DNA from: Candidatus Woesearchaeota archaeon
GTDB taxonomy: Archaea; Nanobdellota; Nanobdellia; Pacearchaeales; GW2011-AR1
Direction: 5' to 3'
DNA: 64,000 bases
Assembly: GCA_964408235.1 (NCBI GenBank)
Contig: CAYOYN010000001.1
Coordinates: 77,450-141,449 of the forward strand
A program made the translations under genes and the position numbers. Every line of letters begins with the position of its first letter. Position 1 is the first letter of the stretch. Below the pieces are notes generated by a model. The model was not told the origin of the DNA and searched no databases. It was given only the letters and a program-made list of their open reading frames with translations. Below are positions 10,012 to 19,769 of the stretch, piece after piece.

Positions 10012-10914
10012 ATGGATAGAATATCTTTTCGCGACGAAATTAACCGAAATAAAATAAAATCTTTTGTTTTAATGGGATTCATTGTAGTAATTCTTATTGC
10101 ATTAGGTTATGTGATTTCTATGCTCTTCGATCCATCTTACTTCTTTATTATAATGGTACTTTCAATAACAATTTCCCTATCTTACACTTTAATTAGCTAT
10201 TATAATGCCGACAAGTTAGCTTTAGCATCTGTAAAAGCTATCCCTGCTTCACCTATTAATCATAGGCAACTTCTTTCCTCTGTGGAAAATATGGCTCTTG
10301 CTTCCGGCCTTCCAATGCCTCGAGTTTATGTGATGAGTTCTCCTCAAATAAATGCATTTGCATCTGGAAGAAATCCGAAGAATGCGGTAATTTGTGTAAC
10401 AACAGGGACTTTAGAAAAATTAACAAAGCAAGAATTAGAAGGAGTAATTGCCCATGAAATGTCTCATATTGCAAATTATGATATCAGGTTTATGACATTT
10501 ACTGCAATAGCAATAGGAATGATTTCCATAATTGCGGAAATATTTCTAAGAAGTTTATGGCTTTCAGGAAATAAAGAAAGTAAAGATGGAAGGGCGCAAT
10601 TAATTTTAATTGTTATAGGAATCTTATTATCGATTCTAGCCCCAATCCTTTCAAATTTAGTTTCACTAGCAATATCTAGAAGAAGAGAATATGCTGCTGA
10701 TGCTACGGGCGTAAAACTAACTAGATACCCTCCAGGGTTAGCATCTGCACTAAAGAAAATAAAAAATGATCATGTATATAACGTAGATAAGCACAAATTT
10801 CCAAAAGCAGTAGCTCCTCTATTCATATCAGATCCTTTCAAGAAAAAAATCACCGGATTATTTTCAACACATCCAAATATAGACGATAGAATTTCAAAAC
10901 TAGAAAGAATGTAA
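10012..10914 (+). CDS. htpX: HtpX-like M48 zinc metalloprotease
   Basis: HEMSHI (HExxH) zinc motif, multiple TM helices, C-terminal STHPNIDDRI, typical HtpX. Confidence 0.85.
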   Translation: MDRISFRDEINRNKIKSFVLMGFIVVILIALGYVISMLFDPSYFFIIMVLSITISLSYTLISYYNADKLALASVKAIPASPINHRQLLSSVENMALASGLPMPRVYVMSSPQINAFASGRNPKNAVICVTTGTLEKLTKQELEGVIAHEMSHIANYDIRFMTFTAIAIGMISIIAEIFLRSLWLSGNKESKDGRAQLILIVIGILLSILAPILSNLVSLAISRRREYAADATGVKLTRYPPGLASALKKIKNDHVYNVDKHKFPKAVAPLFISDPFKKKITGLFSTHPNIDDRISKLERM

Positions 10915-11162
10915 AAATCTTGATTTTAATTTTTTATATGCTCAATGTTTTTATCAAATAAAATTCTATATGTAATCTTTAAAGTTCTGTTTAATTTAAG
11001 GTTCAAAAAAATAGAAAAGATTATAAACTAAATAGGTTAAGTAATAACATGAATAGCAATACAAATAGTATATTTGTAAAAATTACTAATTGTAAAGTTA
11101 TTAAGATTAAGGACGAGCTGTTTAATTAGTGTCCTCTAATTCTTTAAAATTCTTATCACAAA

Positions 11163-11498
11163 ATGAGCGACACTATTAACAATCCAAATGAAATTCTATT
11201 AAAGAATAGAGATAGGCAGAGCTGTGTTAGAGTAATCAGAAAATCTAACCTTCCTGTAATCTTAAAAGCTGAAACAGAAAGATTCATAGAGAGAAATACA
11301 TTGGAAGATTGCGGAAGAGTTCCTCCAAATTGTCTAAAAGCTTTTATGATTAGGACTGCTCAAAAAATGGGGTTAGAAAGAATAATCCCTTACGTAAAAA
11401 GTTTATTCAGGTCTGAAGTAGGTTATAATGGATATTATCTAGATGGAGGAAAGCTCTTCAGAGTTGATTTTTCGGATGACTTCAAGAACCTTACTTAA
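11163..11498 (+). CDS. Hypothetical protein
   Basis: 111-aa ORF. 3' end overlaps the convergent HAD gene by ~60 nt. Confidence 0.35.
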   Translation: MSDTINNPNEILLKNRDRQSCVRVIRKSNLPVILKAETERFIERNTLEDCGRVPPNCLKAFMIRTAQKMGLERIIPYVKSLFRSEVGYNGYYLDGGKLFRVDFSDDFKNLT

Positions 11499-12134
11499 AT
11501 CTGTAAGAAGATAGTCTGGCTTCTTTTGAACTATTGCCTTTCTAGGAGACCAAGAACTTTTGTTTGCAATTACCGTGCTATAAACTCCTGCTCCGCGAGC
11601 GACATCAACATCTATGTCTTTATCACCTATATACATTACTTCAGATCTAGAGAGGTTATATTTCTTACGTAGTTTGTTTATAATCCAAACTTTTCCATTC
11701 GGAGAAAATTTATCTGCTCCATAGACTCCATCAAAAAAATTAGCTTTCAAGAAATTTAGTGCTTTCTCAACAAAAAATGTAACGTTATTCGTAACTATCA
11801 CCTTCTTAACATTAAGATTTTTTACATCTGCAAGATTTTTACAAGGCTTTATTTTATGGTATTCTTTAGAAAAGTCATCATGTATTCCGGCGCAAACGCT
11901 TCTAACTAAGTCTGAAGGTAATCCTGCGAGAGTTAAATAATGGTCTAAAGGAGTATTTCCAAAAAATCTAATTAAATCCTTAGTTAAGGATATCTCGAAA
12001 TTAAGAAGGTGTTTTTTGATTATCCTAAGCATTAATTCCCTTGTATCTGCAAGAGTCCCATCAAAATCAAAGATTAGTAATTTTATCCCAGGATTCTCTC
12101 TATCTGAAATAATTCTTCTAAAAAGGTAAGTCAT
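11439..12134 (-). CDS. HAD-superfamily phosphatase (phosphoglycolate phosphatase-like)
   Basis: Motif I LLIFDFDGTLADT. Motif IV YIGDKDIDVDVARGAG. Confidence 0.8.
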   Translation of the reverse strand: MTYLFRRIISDRENPGIKLLIFDFDGTLADTRELMLRIIKKHLLNFEISLTKDLIRFFGNTPLDHYLTLAGLPSDLVRSVCAGIHDDFSKEYHKIKPCKNLADVKNLNVKKVIVTNNVTFFVEKALNFLKANFFDGVYGADKFSPNGKVWIINKLRKKYNLSRSEVMYIGDKDIDVDVARGAGVYSTVIANKSSWSPRKAIVQKKPDYLLTDLSKVLEVIRKINSEELSSI

Positions 12135-12136
12135 TT

Positions 12137-14221
12137 TTACTTATTCCTATCTGAAAATCTCTTAATGAAATCTCTGCTTGGAGAGTAATCTATAACTCTT
12201 GTTACTTCCCAAACTCCTTGGAATGAAGATTTTTCTGCCTTAACAGAGCTTATTAATTTCCTTCTAATTGAATCTGAAATGAATAATTTGGTATTTGATG
12301 CATGAGCTAATCTTTTAGCATAGCTTATCAAGTTTCCAGTACTTGTGAAATGGAATTTATTCCCTTCTATTTCACTTATTATTTCACCATCGCTAACTCC
12401 AATACCAAAATTAGTTACTTCGCTACCAACACTCATATGTTCAAGGAATAAAGCTTGCATACGTCTTGCAACATTCACAGCATTAGCTTCATTATCTTGG
12501 TTTCTAGTCAATCTAGGTGAGAATAAAACTATCTTATAATCTCCATCAATGTAAACCTTAGCACCTGTTTCTTGAGCAATAGATAATGCCCTATTCATGG
12601 TTTCAGCAACTGCAGGAGAATTAGCACTTACATATAATGCAATAGCAGCTGCGCGCTCGCGTATACCTTGGCCTTCTGTACCAAATAAGTTAGCAGGGTT
12701 GACTTTAGGTGCTGAAGAAAATGGAGCGCTTGTAGGTTGTGTAGCCACTTTAGGTTTATTGAACCAAGACATATCAAATTTCTTGTTATCAGTCATATCT
12801 AAACTGCTTCTGGTATTAGGTGTAAATTCAACTTTGCTAGGCTTAAATGTATTTAATGAATTAGTTACAGAGCTTGAAGAGCTAGAAAACTTAGGAGGCA
12901 TCCTTTGCATTCTAATCTTCACTTGAACTAAAACTACAACCAATATCAAAAGTGCAACGCCTAACCACCATATGACTGGGTTAGTAAATGTATATATTAC
13001 ATCTTCTTTAAAATCTGTTACTTTTACTGCATTTCCAGTCAAGAATGCGCTTCCAAGAGTTTTAGACTCTCCAGCCTCATCAGATATAGATATAGAATAA
13101 TCTCCGTCAGGAGCTCTCAATGTAAATTTCTGAGTTTCTCCAGGTCCAAGTTTAATTTGTTTTAATTCAACAAAAGAGCCAATAGTTACTTCCAATGGTC
13201 CAGAATATGGGGCGTTTCCTATATTTGTTACAATCAGAGTATTATTAATTAAACTAGTTTGTAAGGTATTTACTTCTGAAAGATAAAATAACTTTCTACT
13301 TGTAATTCCATCAACATCTGTTTCAATGCTCCAATAGCCAGGAGAATCGCTAAGCAAGAATGTGATTATCTGATCTTCTCCAGATTTAACAACTTTTTTT
13401 ATAAATGGAACTCCTTTCGGTTGATTTATTGTTAAACTAACGTCTCTACTCATAGGATCTCCAGCTTGATCAATAGCCTCAACCCTAAATGAAAATTCAG
13501 ACTCAGGCTGAGCAGTTTCTTGAGATAATTTTATATTTACTTGCTTCAATACTTGTCCAATAGTAAAAGAGGAAGTATCAGAACCAAAGTTTATTTTTTT
13601 AGAGTTATGGTCCGTATTATGGACTTCTATTGTAAAATTATGATTACCTGATTTTACATTATCTGGTAATATCAAAGTGATATTGAAAACTCCATTAACT
13701 ACGATAGCAGACTTGTAAAGGTTCAAAGCTGGAATGAATAATTCAACAAATCCATTAACTGGATTTCCGCTCTTTGTAGAAGCAGTTCCAGAGACTGAAA
13801 AAGTATTTCCAGGATTAAGATTCTCAAATTCCAAATTTGCTTCAACAGCTATATCCCTTGAAAGAGTAAATGTATTGCTCTCAACAAACTCATTATTAAA
13901 ACTAGCTCTCAAAAAGCAAGGAACAGTAACATTTTCAATCATAGGATCCAATAATTCAGTAGCCACAACCACTTTTTTTTCAACACCTGCTTGTGCTTCT
14001 AAAAAGTTGTTGAATATATTATAAGAAACTGAATTTCCACACTTTAAATCAACAATATAATGGGAGCTAATAGTTGTAGTTGAAACCAAAGTAGTTTCGA
14101 CGTTAATTTGATCTCCATAATTATAAACTGGTTTAAGCGGATCAATAAAAATACTAGATGAAGCTAAAGGCATTGCAAGGAAAGCACATGCAACTAAAAT
14201 CATCATCACCTTCATTCTCAT
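12137..14221 (-). CDS. Single-pass surface protein with extracellular Ig-like repeats and cytoplasmic nucleotide-cyclase-homology-like domain
   Basis: Signal peptide. ~400 aa beta-rich ectodomain. TM helix (WWLGVALLILVVVLV). C-terminal ~250 aa with cyclase-like blocks (NFGIGVSDGEIISEIEG...FTSTGNLISYAKRLAHAS...LFISDSI). Confidence 0.5.
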   Translation of the reverse strand: MRMKVMMILVACAFLAMPLASSSIFIDPLKPVYNYGDQINVETTLVSTTTISSHYIVDLKCGNSVSYNIFNNFLEAQAGVEKKVVVATELLDPMIENVTVPCFLRASFNNEFVESNTFTLSRDIAVEANLEFENLNPGNTFSVSGTASTKSGNPVNGFVELFIPALNLYKSAIVVNGVFNITLILPDNVKSGNHNFTIEVHNTDHNSKKINFGSDTSSFTIGQVLKQVNIKLSQETAQPESEFSFRVEAIDQAGDPMSRDVSLTINQPKGVPFIKKVVKSGEDQIITFLLSDSPGYWSIETDVDGITSRKLFYLSEVNTLQTSLINNTLIVTNIGNAPYSGPLEVTIGSFVELKQIKLGPGETQKFTLRAPDGDYSISISDEAGESKTLGSAFLTGNAVKVTDFKEDVIYTFTNPVIWWLGVALLILVVVLVQVKIRMQRMPPKFSSSSSSVTNSLNTFKPSKVEFTPNTRSSLDMTDNKKFDMSWFNKPKVATQPTSAPFSSAPKVNPANLFGTEGQGIRERAAAIALYVSANSPAVAETMNRALSIAQETGAKVYIDGDYKIVLFSPRLTRNQDNEANAVNVARRMQALFLEHMSVGSEVTNFGIGVSDGEIISEIEGNKFHFTSTGNLISYAKRLAHASNTKLFISDSIRRKLISSVKAEKSSFQGVWEVTRVIDYSPSRDFIKRFSDRNK

Positions 14222-14252
14222 GCGAATATAAGTTATGTTTAATATTTAAACG

Positions 14253-14729
14253 TTATCTAAAATGATCTTTAAGATACACTAATTCTCTTGGTTTAAGGGA
14301 ATTGAAAAATCCAGGCATTTTTCCGAGAGCGATTCTAGGCCTAGTCTTTGATTTAAACTTGTCCGCAAGAAATGGTCCTCCGGGAGATTGAGTATCAATC
14401 AATAATCCCATGTGAGTATAATCAACTCCTTCCTTGAGAGCAGCATCTCTATTTTTAGGTGAAGTAAATGCATAATTAAATCCTACAAGCATTCCTGGTA
14501 AGGCGAGTCCTTCCCTAGCCATTTCTTCAAGTTCTTCAGAAGAGCTTATAGGTATAGTTTCAATGCCATCATGAGCTCTTATTTTCCAAGCATTATCTCT
14601 AGGATAATCTAATCCAAACAAATCTTTTGCAGCAAGCCTGACATATCTAGCACAGTAAGATGTAGGAACCTGTCCACTAGAATAGATAGGTCCTCTTATT
14701 ACTTCATTGGGTGGGACTATTAAACTCAT
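14253..14729 (-). CDS. Hypothetical protein (possible papain-like/NlpC-P60-like fold)
   Basis: 158-aa ORF. Conserved-looking Cys (YCARYV) and His (YTHMG). Weak. Confidence 0.4.
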   Translation of the reverse strand: MSLIVPPNEVIRGPIYSSGQVPTSYCARYVRLAAKDLFGLDYPRDNAWKIRAHDGIETIPISSSEELEEMAREGLALPGMLVGFNYAFTSPKNRDAALKEGVDYTHMGLLIDTQSPGGPFLADKFKSKTRPRIALGKMPGFFNSLKPRELVYLKDHFR

Positions 14730-14836
14730 ATATTTCTGATTTTTAATCCCTATTTAAATGTTTGTATAATTGTCATATATCAGTAGTAACATTCCATAAT
14801 GGCATCTTTTAAATAATATCCAATTATAATCAATCT

Positions 14837-16552
14837 ATGAAAATATTAACGCTACATTGCGACTACATAAAGTTCAAGGCTCTAAAAAAAGCAGTAAAAG
14901 ACATAGAAGATACAACAGATAAAGAAGGAGAAGTGAAAGAATGTCTTGTTGTCCTAACTTCAGTAGAACAAGGAGACAATGAACAAACAGTAAAGCAATT
15001 AGTAGAAGCAGTCGAGAAAACAGCTAAAGAGGTTAAAACAGATAAGATTGTTCTTTACCCTTACGCGCATTTATCATCTAATTTAGCAAAGCCCCTAAAT
15101 GCATTAGAAATTCTTCAAGAAGCAGAATCAAAGCTAAAAAAGAATTTCAAAGTAACAAGAGCTCCATTTGGATACTACAAAGAATTCGAATTCAAGTGTA
15201 AAGGACATCCTCTAGCAGAATTAAGTAAAACCTTCTCTTCTTCTGGAGATACAGAAACAAAATCAAAAATAGTTTCAAAAGAAGAACCAATAGACACTTC
15301 AAAATTATTAAATCAAATATCTCGTTCAAAATTAGACACTTCAAAATTAAAAGATAATGACCATAGAATTTTAGGTCAGAAATTAGATTTATTCTCGTTT
15401 AATGAAGCTTCTCCAGGAAATCCATTTTTCCACCCTAATGGACAAATAATTTTCAATGAATTAATTAGATTGTCCAGAGAATTACAATCCGAGTTAGGTT
15501 ACCAAGAAGTAAATACTCCGCAAGTATTTGATACTAAATTGTGGAAGGTTTCAGGCCACTGGGACCATTACAAAGATAATATGTTCTTAACAGAATACGA
15601 AGGCAGATCTTCAGGCCTTAAACCAATGAATTGTCCAGGACATATGTTACTTTACAAGACTAATATGCACTCATATAAAGACCTTCCAATAAGATTTTCA
15701 GAATATGGTGGTTTGCATAGAGTAGAGTTATCTGGAGTTTTGAACGGATTATTCAGAGTAATAAGACTTCATCAAGATGATACTCACATATTTTGTACTT
15801 TAGAGCAATTAGAAGATGAAATTTCATCAATTCTAAGTCTGATAAATAAGATCTACAAAGAAATATTCAAATTTAAGAAAATAGAAGTAAAGTTATCTAC
15901 AAGACCTGAAAGTTTCATGGGTAAAAAAGAAGATTGGGATAAAGCAGAAAATATTCTTGAAAATTTATTAAAAAAATCAAAATTAAAATATGAAATCAAA
16001 AAAGGAGAAGGTGCTTTCTATGGACCAAAGATAGATTTTGATATAGAAGATTCATTAGAAAGAAAATGGCAATGTTCAACAATACAATTAGATATGCAAT
16101 TACCAAAGAGATTTGAGTTAACTTATAATGGGGAAGATAATAAACCTCATACTCCTTTAGTAATACATAGAGCAATATTTGGATCTCTTGAGAGATTTAT
16201 GGGAATCTTATTAGAGCACACAAACGGAGCACTGCCATTATGGTTATCTCCAAGACAAGTAAGAGTTATTTCCTTCACAGATAGAAACAATAAATCTACG
16301 GAAAAATTTGCTCAAGAATTAAAGAAGACAATCCCAAATATTAGAGTGGATACTGACACTAGGTCTGACACAGTTCAGTCTAAGATAAGGGATGCTGAAA
16401 TGTTAAAAATAAATTATATTATTGTAATCGGAGATAAAGAAGAAGAAAATGAAACTATCGCAGTAAGACAAAGAGGAGAAAAACCTCAATTTGGCGTAAA
16501 GAAAGATAATTTCTTTAAACAATTAAAAGAAGAATTAGCGCGTAGAAGTTAA
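14837..16552 (+). CDS. thrS: Threonyl-tRNA synthetase, archaeal type with N-terminal editing domain
   Basis: Class II aaRS motifs (FRVIRLHQDDTHIFC, zinc-binding CPGH). Archaeal-type N-terminal editing domain (MKILTLHCDYIKF). C-terminal anticodon-binding domain. Confidence 0.9.
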   Translation: MKILTLHCDYIKFKALKKAVKDIEDTTDKEGEVKECLVVLTSVEQGDNEQTVKQLVEAVEKTAKEVKTDKIVLYPYAHLSSNLAKPLNALEILQEAESKLKKNFKVTRAPFGYYKEFEFKCKGHPLAELSKTFSSSGDTETKSKIVSKEEPIDTSKLLNQISRSKLDTSKLKDNDHRILGQKLDLFSFNEASPGNPFFHPNGQIIFNELIRLSRELQSELGYQEVNTPQVFDTKLWKVSGHWDHYKDNMFLTEYEGRSSGLKPMNCPGHMLLYKTNMHSYKDLPIRFSEYGGLHRVELSGVLNGLFRVIRLHQDDTHIFCTLEQLEDEISSILSLINKIYKEIFKFKKIEVKLSTRPESFMGKKEDWDKAENILENLLKKSKLKYEIKKGEGAFYGPKIDFDIEDSLERKWQCSTIQLDMQLPKRFELTYNGEDNKPHTPLVIHRAIFGSLERFMGILLEHTNGALPLWLSPRQVRVISFTDRNNKSTEKFAQELKKTIPNIRVDTDTRSDTVQSKIRDAEMLKINYIIVIGDKEEENETIAVRQRGEKPQFGVKKDNFFKQLKEELARRS

Positions 16553-16792
16553 TTATAATACATAAACCCAATATTTATCTCTATTAAGGGCTACTAATCT
16601 TAGTGCCTGATTGCCAGGTAAACGCAGACCATTATCTTCGTAAGCTCTGACATTTACATCCATTCCAAGAATTTTATTAAAAGCTCTTCTTACTTCTTCA
16701 AAACTTCTTTTCTTTGCAGGGAGAATTGGGCATAATTCCCTCCTTATTAGGTATGCTTCTCTGCGAGTAATTATCGGTTCATAATCAACCAT
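16553..16792 (-). CDS. Small conserved hypothetical protein
   Basis: 79-aa basic ORF immediately after thrS stop. Confidence 0.4.
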   Translation of the reverse strand: MVDYEPIITRREAYLIRRELCPILPAKKRSFEEVRRAFNKILGMDVNVRAYEDNGLRLPGNQALRLVALNRDKYWVYVL

Positions 16793-16858
16793 ACATCACT
16801 TTAAATTGCGACATATTTAAATATCAACCATTCAATATTCTAACATTAAGAGGATTAT

Positions 16859-17500
16859 ATGAAAATTCAACCGTATGTTCAAAAACTTCAGGCTTCTGAA
16901 AAGTATAAAAAATTTATTCAAGAATATTCGGAATCATTTATCGTAGCAGGATTCTTTGTATTAGATTATGAAACTGGAATGAATGTTCATCAAATAGATT
17001 ATTATGTTCCTTCAAAAAAACAAGTAGCAGCTTTTAATTTGGATGGAGAAGTAGAAGTCCGCCTTTTGGACATGATGAATAAAGAGAAAAAACCAGAAAA
17101 ACTGGACATAAAAACCAAAGTTGATCTTGATGCCTTGAAGGGAATTTTAGAAGATGAAATGAAAAACAGAAATATTACTGAAACAATAAAGAAATGTGTA
17201 GCAGTTATTCAAATGGTAGATGGTAAAAAATTATGGGTTTTAAACTGCGTACTTTCTGGCATGGAAATATTAAAGGCCCATGTTGATGACGAATCAAGAA
17301 CTGTTCTAAAAATGGAAAAATCCTCAATGTTAGATTATGTAAAAAAGATGCCTCAATTACCTCCTCAACAGGCTCCTAAGGCAGACAAGGAAACATTGCA
17401 AAAGCAAATAGACCAATTAAATAAGCTTAAAGAACAATTAGAAAAAGAAAAATCTCAATTAGATAATAAATCTGCTAATGTTGAAGAAATAGAAGCATAA
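16859..17500 (+). CDS. Hypothetical protein with C-terminal coiled coil
   Basis: 213 aa. C-terminal QKQIDQLNKLKEQLEKEKSQL heptads. Confidence 0.45.
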   Translation: MKIQPYVQKLQASEKYKKFIQEYSESFIVAGFFVLDYETGMNVHQIDYYVPSKKQVAAFNLDGEVEVRLLDMMNKEKKPEKLDIKTKVDLDALKGILEDEMKNRNITETIKKCVAVIQMVDGKKLWVLNCVLSGMEILKAHVDDESRTVLKMEKSSMLDYVKKMPQLPPQQAPKADKETLQKQIDQLNKLKEQLEKEKSQLDNKSANVEEIEA

Positions 17501-18046
17501 TTATTTATTTTTTATATTCCACAATTGCTTAGTATATCCTCTTTCTTCACAATCTTTCTCACTAAACCCTAAAGCTTCTCTAACTTCTGCAACTTTCTTC
17601 CTAGCAAGATTAATATCTTTTTGAGGGCACAAAAACTCTAGTTCTAAAAACCAACCCAATCTTTTAACATAATTCAACTCAATATTCACTCCATTTTTAG
17701 TCTTATAGAGTTCAGTGGTTTTTTCTTTATGCAACCATTTTCTAAAACCAAAATCTTTTATCAAATCGAAAAAACCTTTAACATCAGATATTTGAAATTG
17801 AACTTCTTTTTTTGCATGAATTCCATTAACTAAACTAATTCTTTTTTTGAAGTTCACCTCCCTGACCTTTCCCATGTCTCTTACACGTAAACTCTTTTCA
17901 GGGTATTGAAAATATTCTAAGGTGTAATAATCATCTTTTTTTTCTTGTTTTTTAACAAATTTTGCAATCCTTTTTATTCTAGACCTCACAGAATTCAAAT
18001 CTTTTTGTTTGAAAGGTATCTTAGTCTCAACTTCAATCCAACTCAT
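17501..18046 (-). CDS. CYTH-domain protein (triphosphate tunnel metalloenzyme / CyaB-like)
   Basis: N-terminal ExExK signature (WIEVETKI). ~180 aa size. Basic tunnel residues. Confidence 0.65.
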   Translation of the reverse strand: MSWIEVETKIPFKQKDLNSVRSRIKRIAKFVKKQEKKDDYYTLEYFQYPEKSLRVRDMGKVREVNFKKRISLVNGIHAKKEVQFQISDVKGFFDLIKDFGFRKWLHKEKTTELYKTKNGVNIELNYVKRLGWFLELEFLCPQKDINLARKKVAEVREALGFSEKDCEERGYTKQLWNIKNK

Positions 18047-18086
18047 AAATCATCACATTAGGTAATTGAAATTATTCTTTTTAAAA

Positions 18087-18647
18087 CTAGCTCCCGTAGA
18101 TATAATATGGTTGTCCAGTTCCATATTCAAAACAAGTTACTTGAGGGCTAGTGCTAGGACATATAGTTTCACTTTTACCGACAACAGCACTAACAGTTAC
18201 ATAAGCAGGTATGTAGCTAGTAACATTTCTTATTAATGCATCATCGCTCTCGTATTCCACAAGGTCAGAGTAGTTTGTATCAACATTGAAAATGTCTCCG
18301 ATCTTTAGGTTTACAGGTTCTTCTAGATGGGTTTGTCCATTGGAGTCTAAAACTGAAAATCTTATTCCCTTTACTTCTTTGCCACCAGGCAAGCGTTCAA
18401 CATTTAGAAGGATTGATATTCCAGGCTCTTCGGGAAAAAATGTGTTTACGATATAAAGAGGAAGCACAACACAAGAATTTAATTTCAAATCTATTCCAAG
18501 GCAAGAAGCAGAATCGTTTGAAGTACTCTTATCTATGCTTCTTAAGAAAGCCCCTATTAATATTGAAGCTCCAACAACTGTCAATAAAATTATCAAACTA
18601 TAAGATACAATGGAGCCTATTCCTTTTCTTTTCATCTTAAGATACAT
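18087..18647 (-). CDS. Archaeal type IV pilin-like protein (class III signal peptide)
   Basis: MKRKG|IGSIVSYSLIILLTVVGASIL: basic residues, KG cleavage site, hydrophobic helix. Confidence 0.65.
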   Translation of the reverse strand: MYLKMKRKGIGSIVSYSLIILLTVVGASILIGAFLRSIDKSTSNDSASCLGIDLKLNSCVVLPLYIVNTFFPEEPGISILLNVERLPGGKEVKGIRFSVLDSNGQTHLEEPVNLKIGDIFNVDTNYSDLVEYESDDALIRNVTSYIPAYVTVSAVVGKSETICPSTSPQVTCFEYGTGQPYYIYGS

Positions 18648-19395
18648 ATTCCGGAGCGCCTCCAGTTATAGGATTATACTGACAGCATACAGTTAAGTTT
18701 CCAGGAGGAAGCCCTGTAGGTTGTCCGAGAGCATTAACCAAGTGGCCAAGAGAATCAAATTGATAATTAGGATCTCCACCATTATAACATTGACTTGTGT
18801 TTACTGGGTGTTGACAGCAATTGTCTGCTCTTCTATTATAACTAAAAGTCTCTAAGCCTGGATTAAATGTGGAGTTGGAGACCGCTCCGAAAGGCAATTC
18901 TGTTGAAATTATCGGACATGAAGCAATTTTAGATGTAATCGGACATACATCCATTTTAGGACCTATAAGCGCTGCAACTTTAACAGTTCCAGGATAAACT
19001 GGGATAGGTATGCCTTCAAAAGGTTGTGTAAATCTTATACTTCCTAATTCTTCAAGACCTTGAGAAGAAACAGATCTATCTTCAGTACCGCTAATTCCAT
19101 TAGGATCTTCAAAAATAAATCTTAGAGCGCTAACATTTCCTTTTCCAATATTTCTTTTAAGAAGTAAATCTGCCTCAAAATAATTCCACCCCTTTTCATA
19201 TCCACAAGTATGAACTGCCTGACAACTAATAACCTCTAAGTCTACAGTTAAACAGTCAGGGTCTATGACCTCACTTTTAGCATCATTGACATTTCTAGAT
19301 ACAAATGCCCATAATAATGATGCTCCAACAATTGTCCCTAAAACCAAGAGCGAAACACCAATTACCGAACTAAGCCCCCTCTTATTCATTAACAA
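18637..19395 (-). CDS. Archaeal type IV pilin-like protein (class III signal peptide)
   Basis: MNKRG|LSSVIGVSLLVLGTIVGASLL prepilin-like N-terminus. Overlaps the downstream pilin gene by 11 nt. Confidence 0.65.
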   Translation of the reverse strand: MLMNKRGLSSVIGVSLLVLGTIVGASLLWAFVSRNVNDAKSEVIDPDCLTVDLEVISCQAVHTCGYEKGWNYFEADLLLKRNIGKGNVSALRFIFEDPNGISGTEDRSVSSQGLEELGSIRFTQPFEGIPIPVYPGTVKVAALIGPKMDVCPITSKIASCPIISTELPFGAVSNSTFNPGLETFSYNRRADNCCQHPVNTSQCYNGGDPNYQFDSLGHLVNALGQPTGLPPGNLTVCCQYNPITGGAPEYVS

Positions 19396-19519
19396 AAGAA
19401 TCTTTTCCTGTATATAAATAATGCTAATTACATAGTTATATATACCCTCGGAAATGGGTGACTTAGTTATAAACCATATAAGGCTTTGAAAAATCCTTTT
19501 TTATATATAATCAAAGCCA

Positions 19520-19720
19520 ATGAATAATAGAAGAAATAATTTTTTTAGAAAAATGGACACAACAAGAGAGTGTTCATGTGGTAGAACTCTGAAACAAAAG
19601 AAAAGAGTAAATTATCCATTTGGAAGAAATTCATCCCCTATAACAAAAAAATTCTATAATTGCTCTAGTTGTAATAAAACATTGCAACCTTTAGTAAAAG
19701 AAGCTAGAAAATTAATCTAA
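19520..19720 (+). CDS. Small zinc-ribbon protein
   Basis: CSCG...NCSSC (CxC...CxxC) in a 66-aa basic ORF between pilin genes. Confidence 0.4.
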   Translation: MNNRRNNFFRKMDTTRECSCGRTLKQKKRVNYPFGRNSSPITKKFYNCSSCNKTLQPLVKEARKLI

Positions 19721-19769
19721 CCCCTTTCTTAATAAAAATTTTAAAAAATAAAATAAAAATAAATCTACT

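Noticed and set aside
12345-14024. Plus-strand ORFs 12345-12539, 12597-12926 and 13734-14024
   Set aside because: All are embedded antisense in the 694-aa surface-protein gene. They are Leu/Ser-rich with no motifs.
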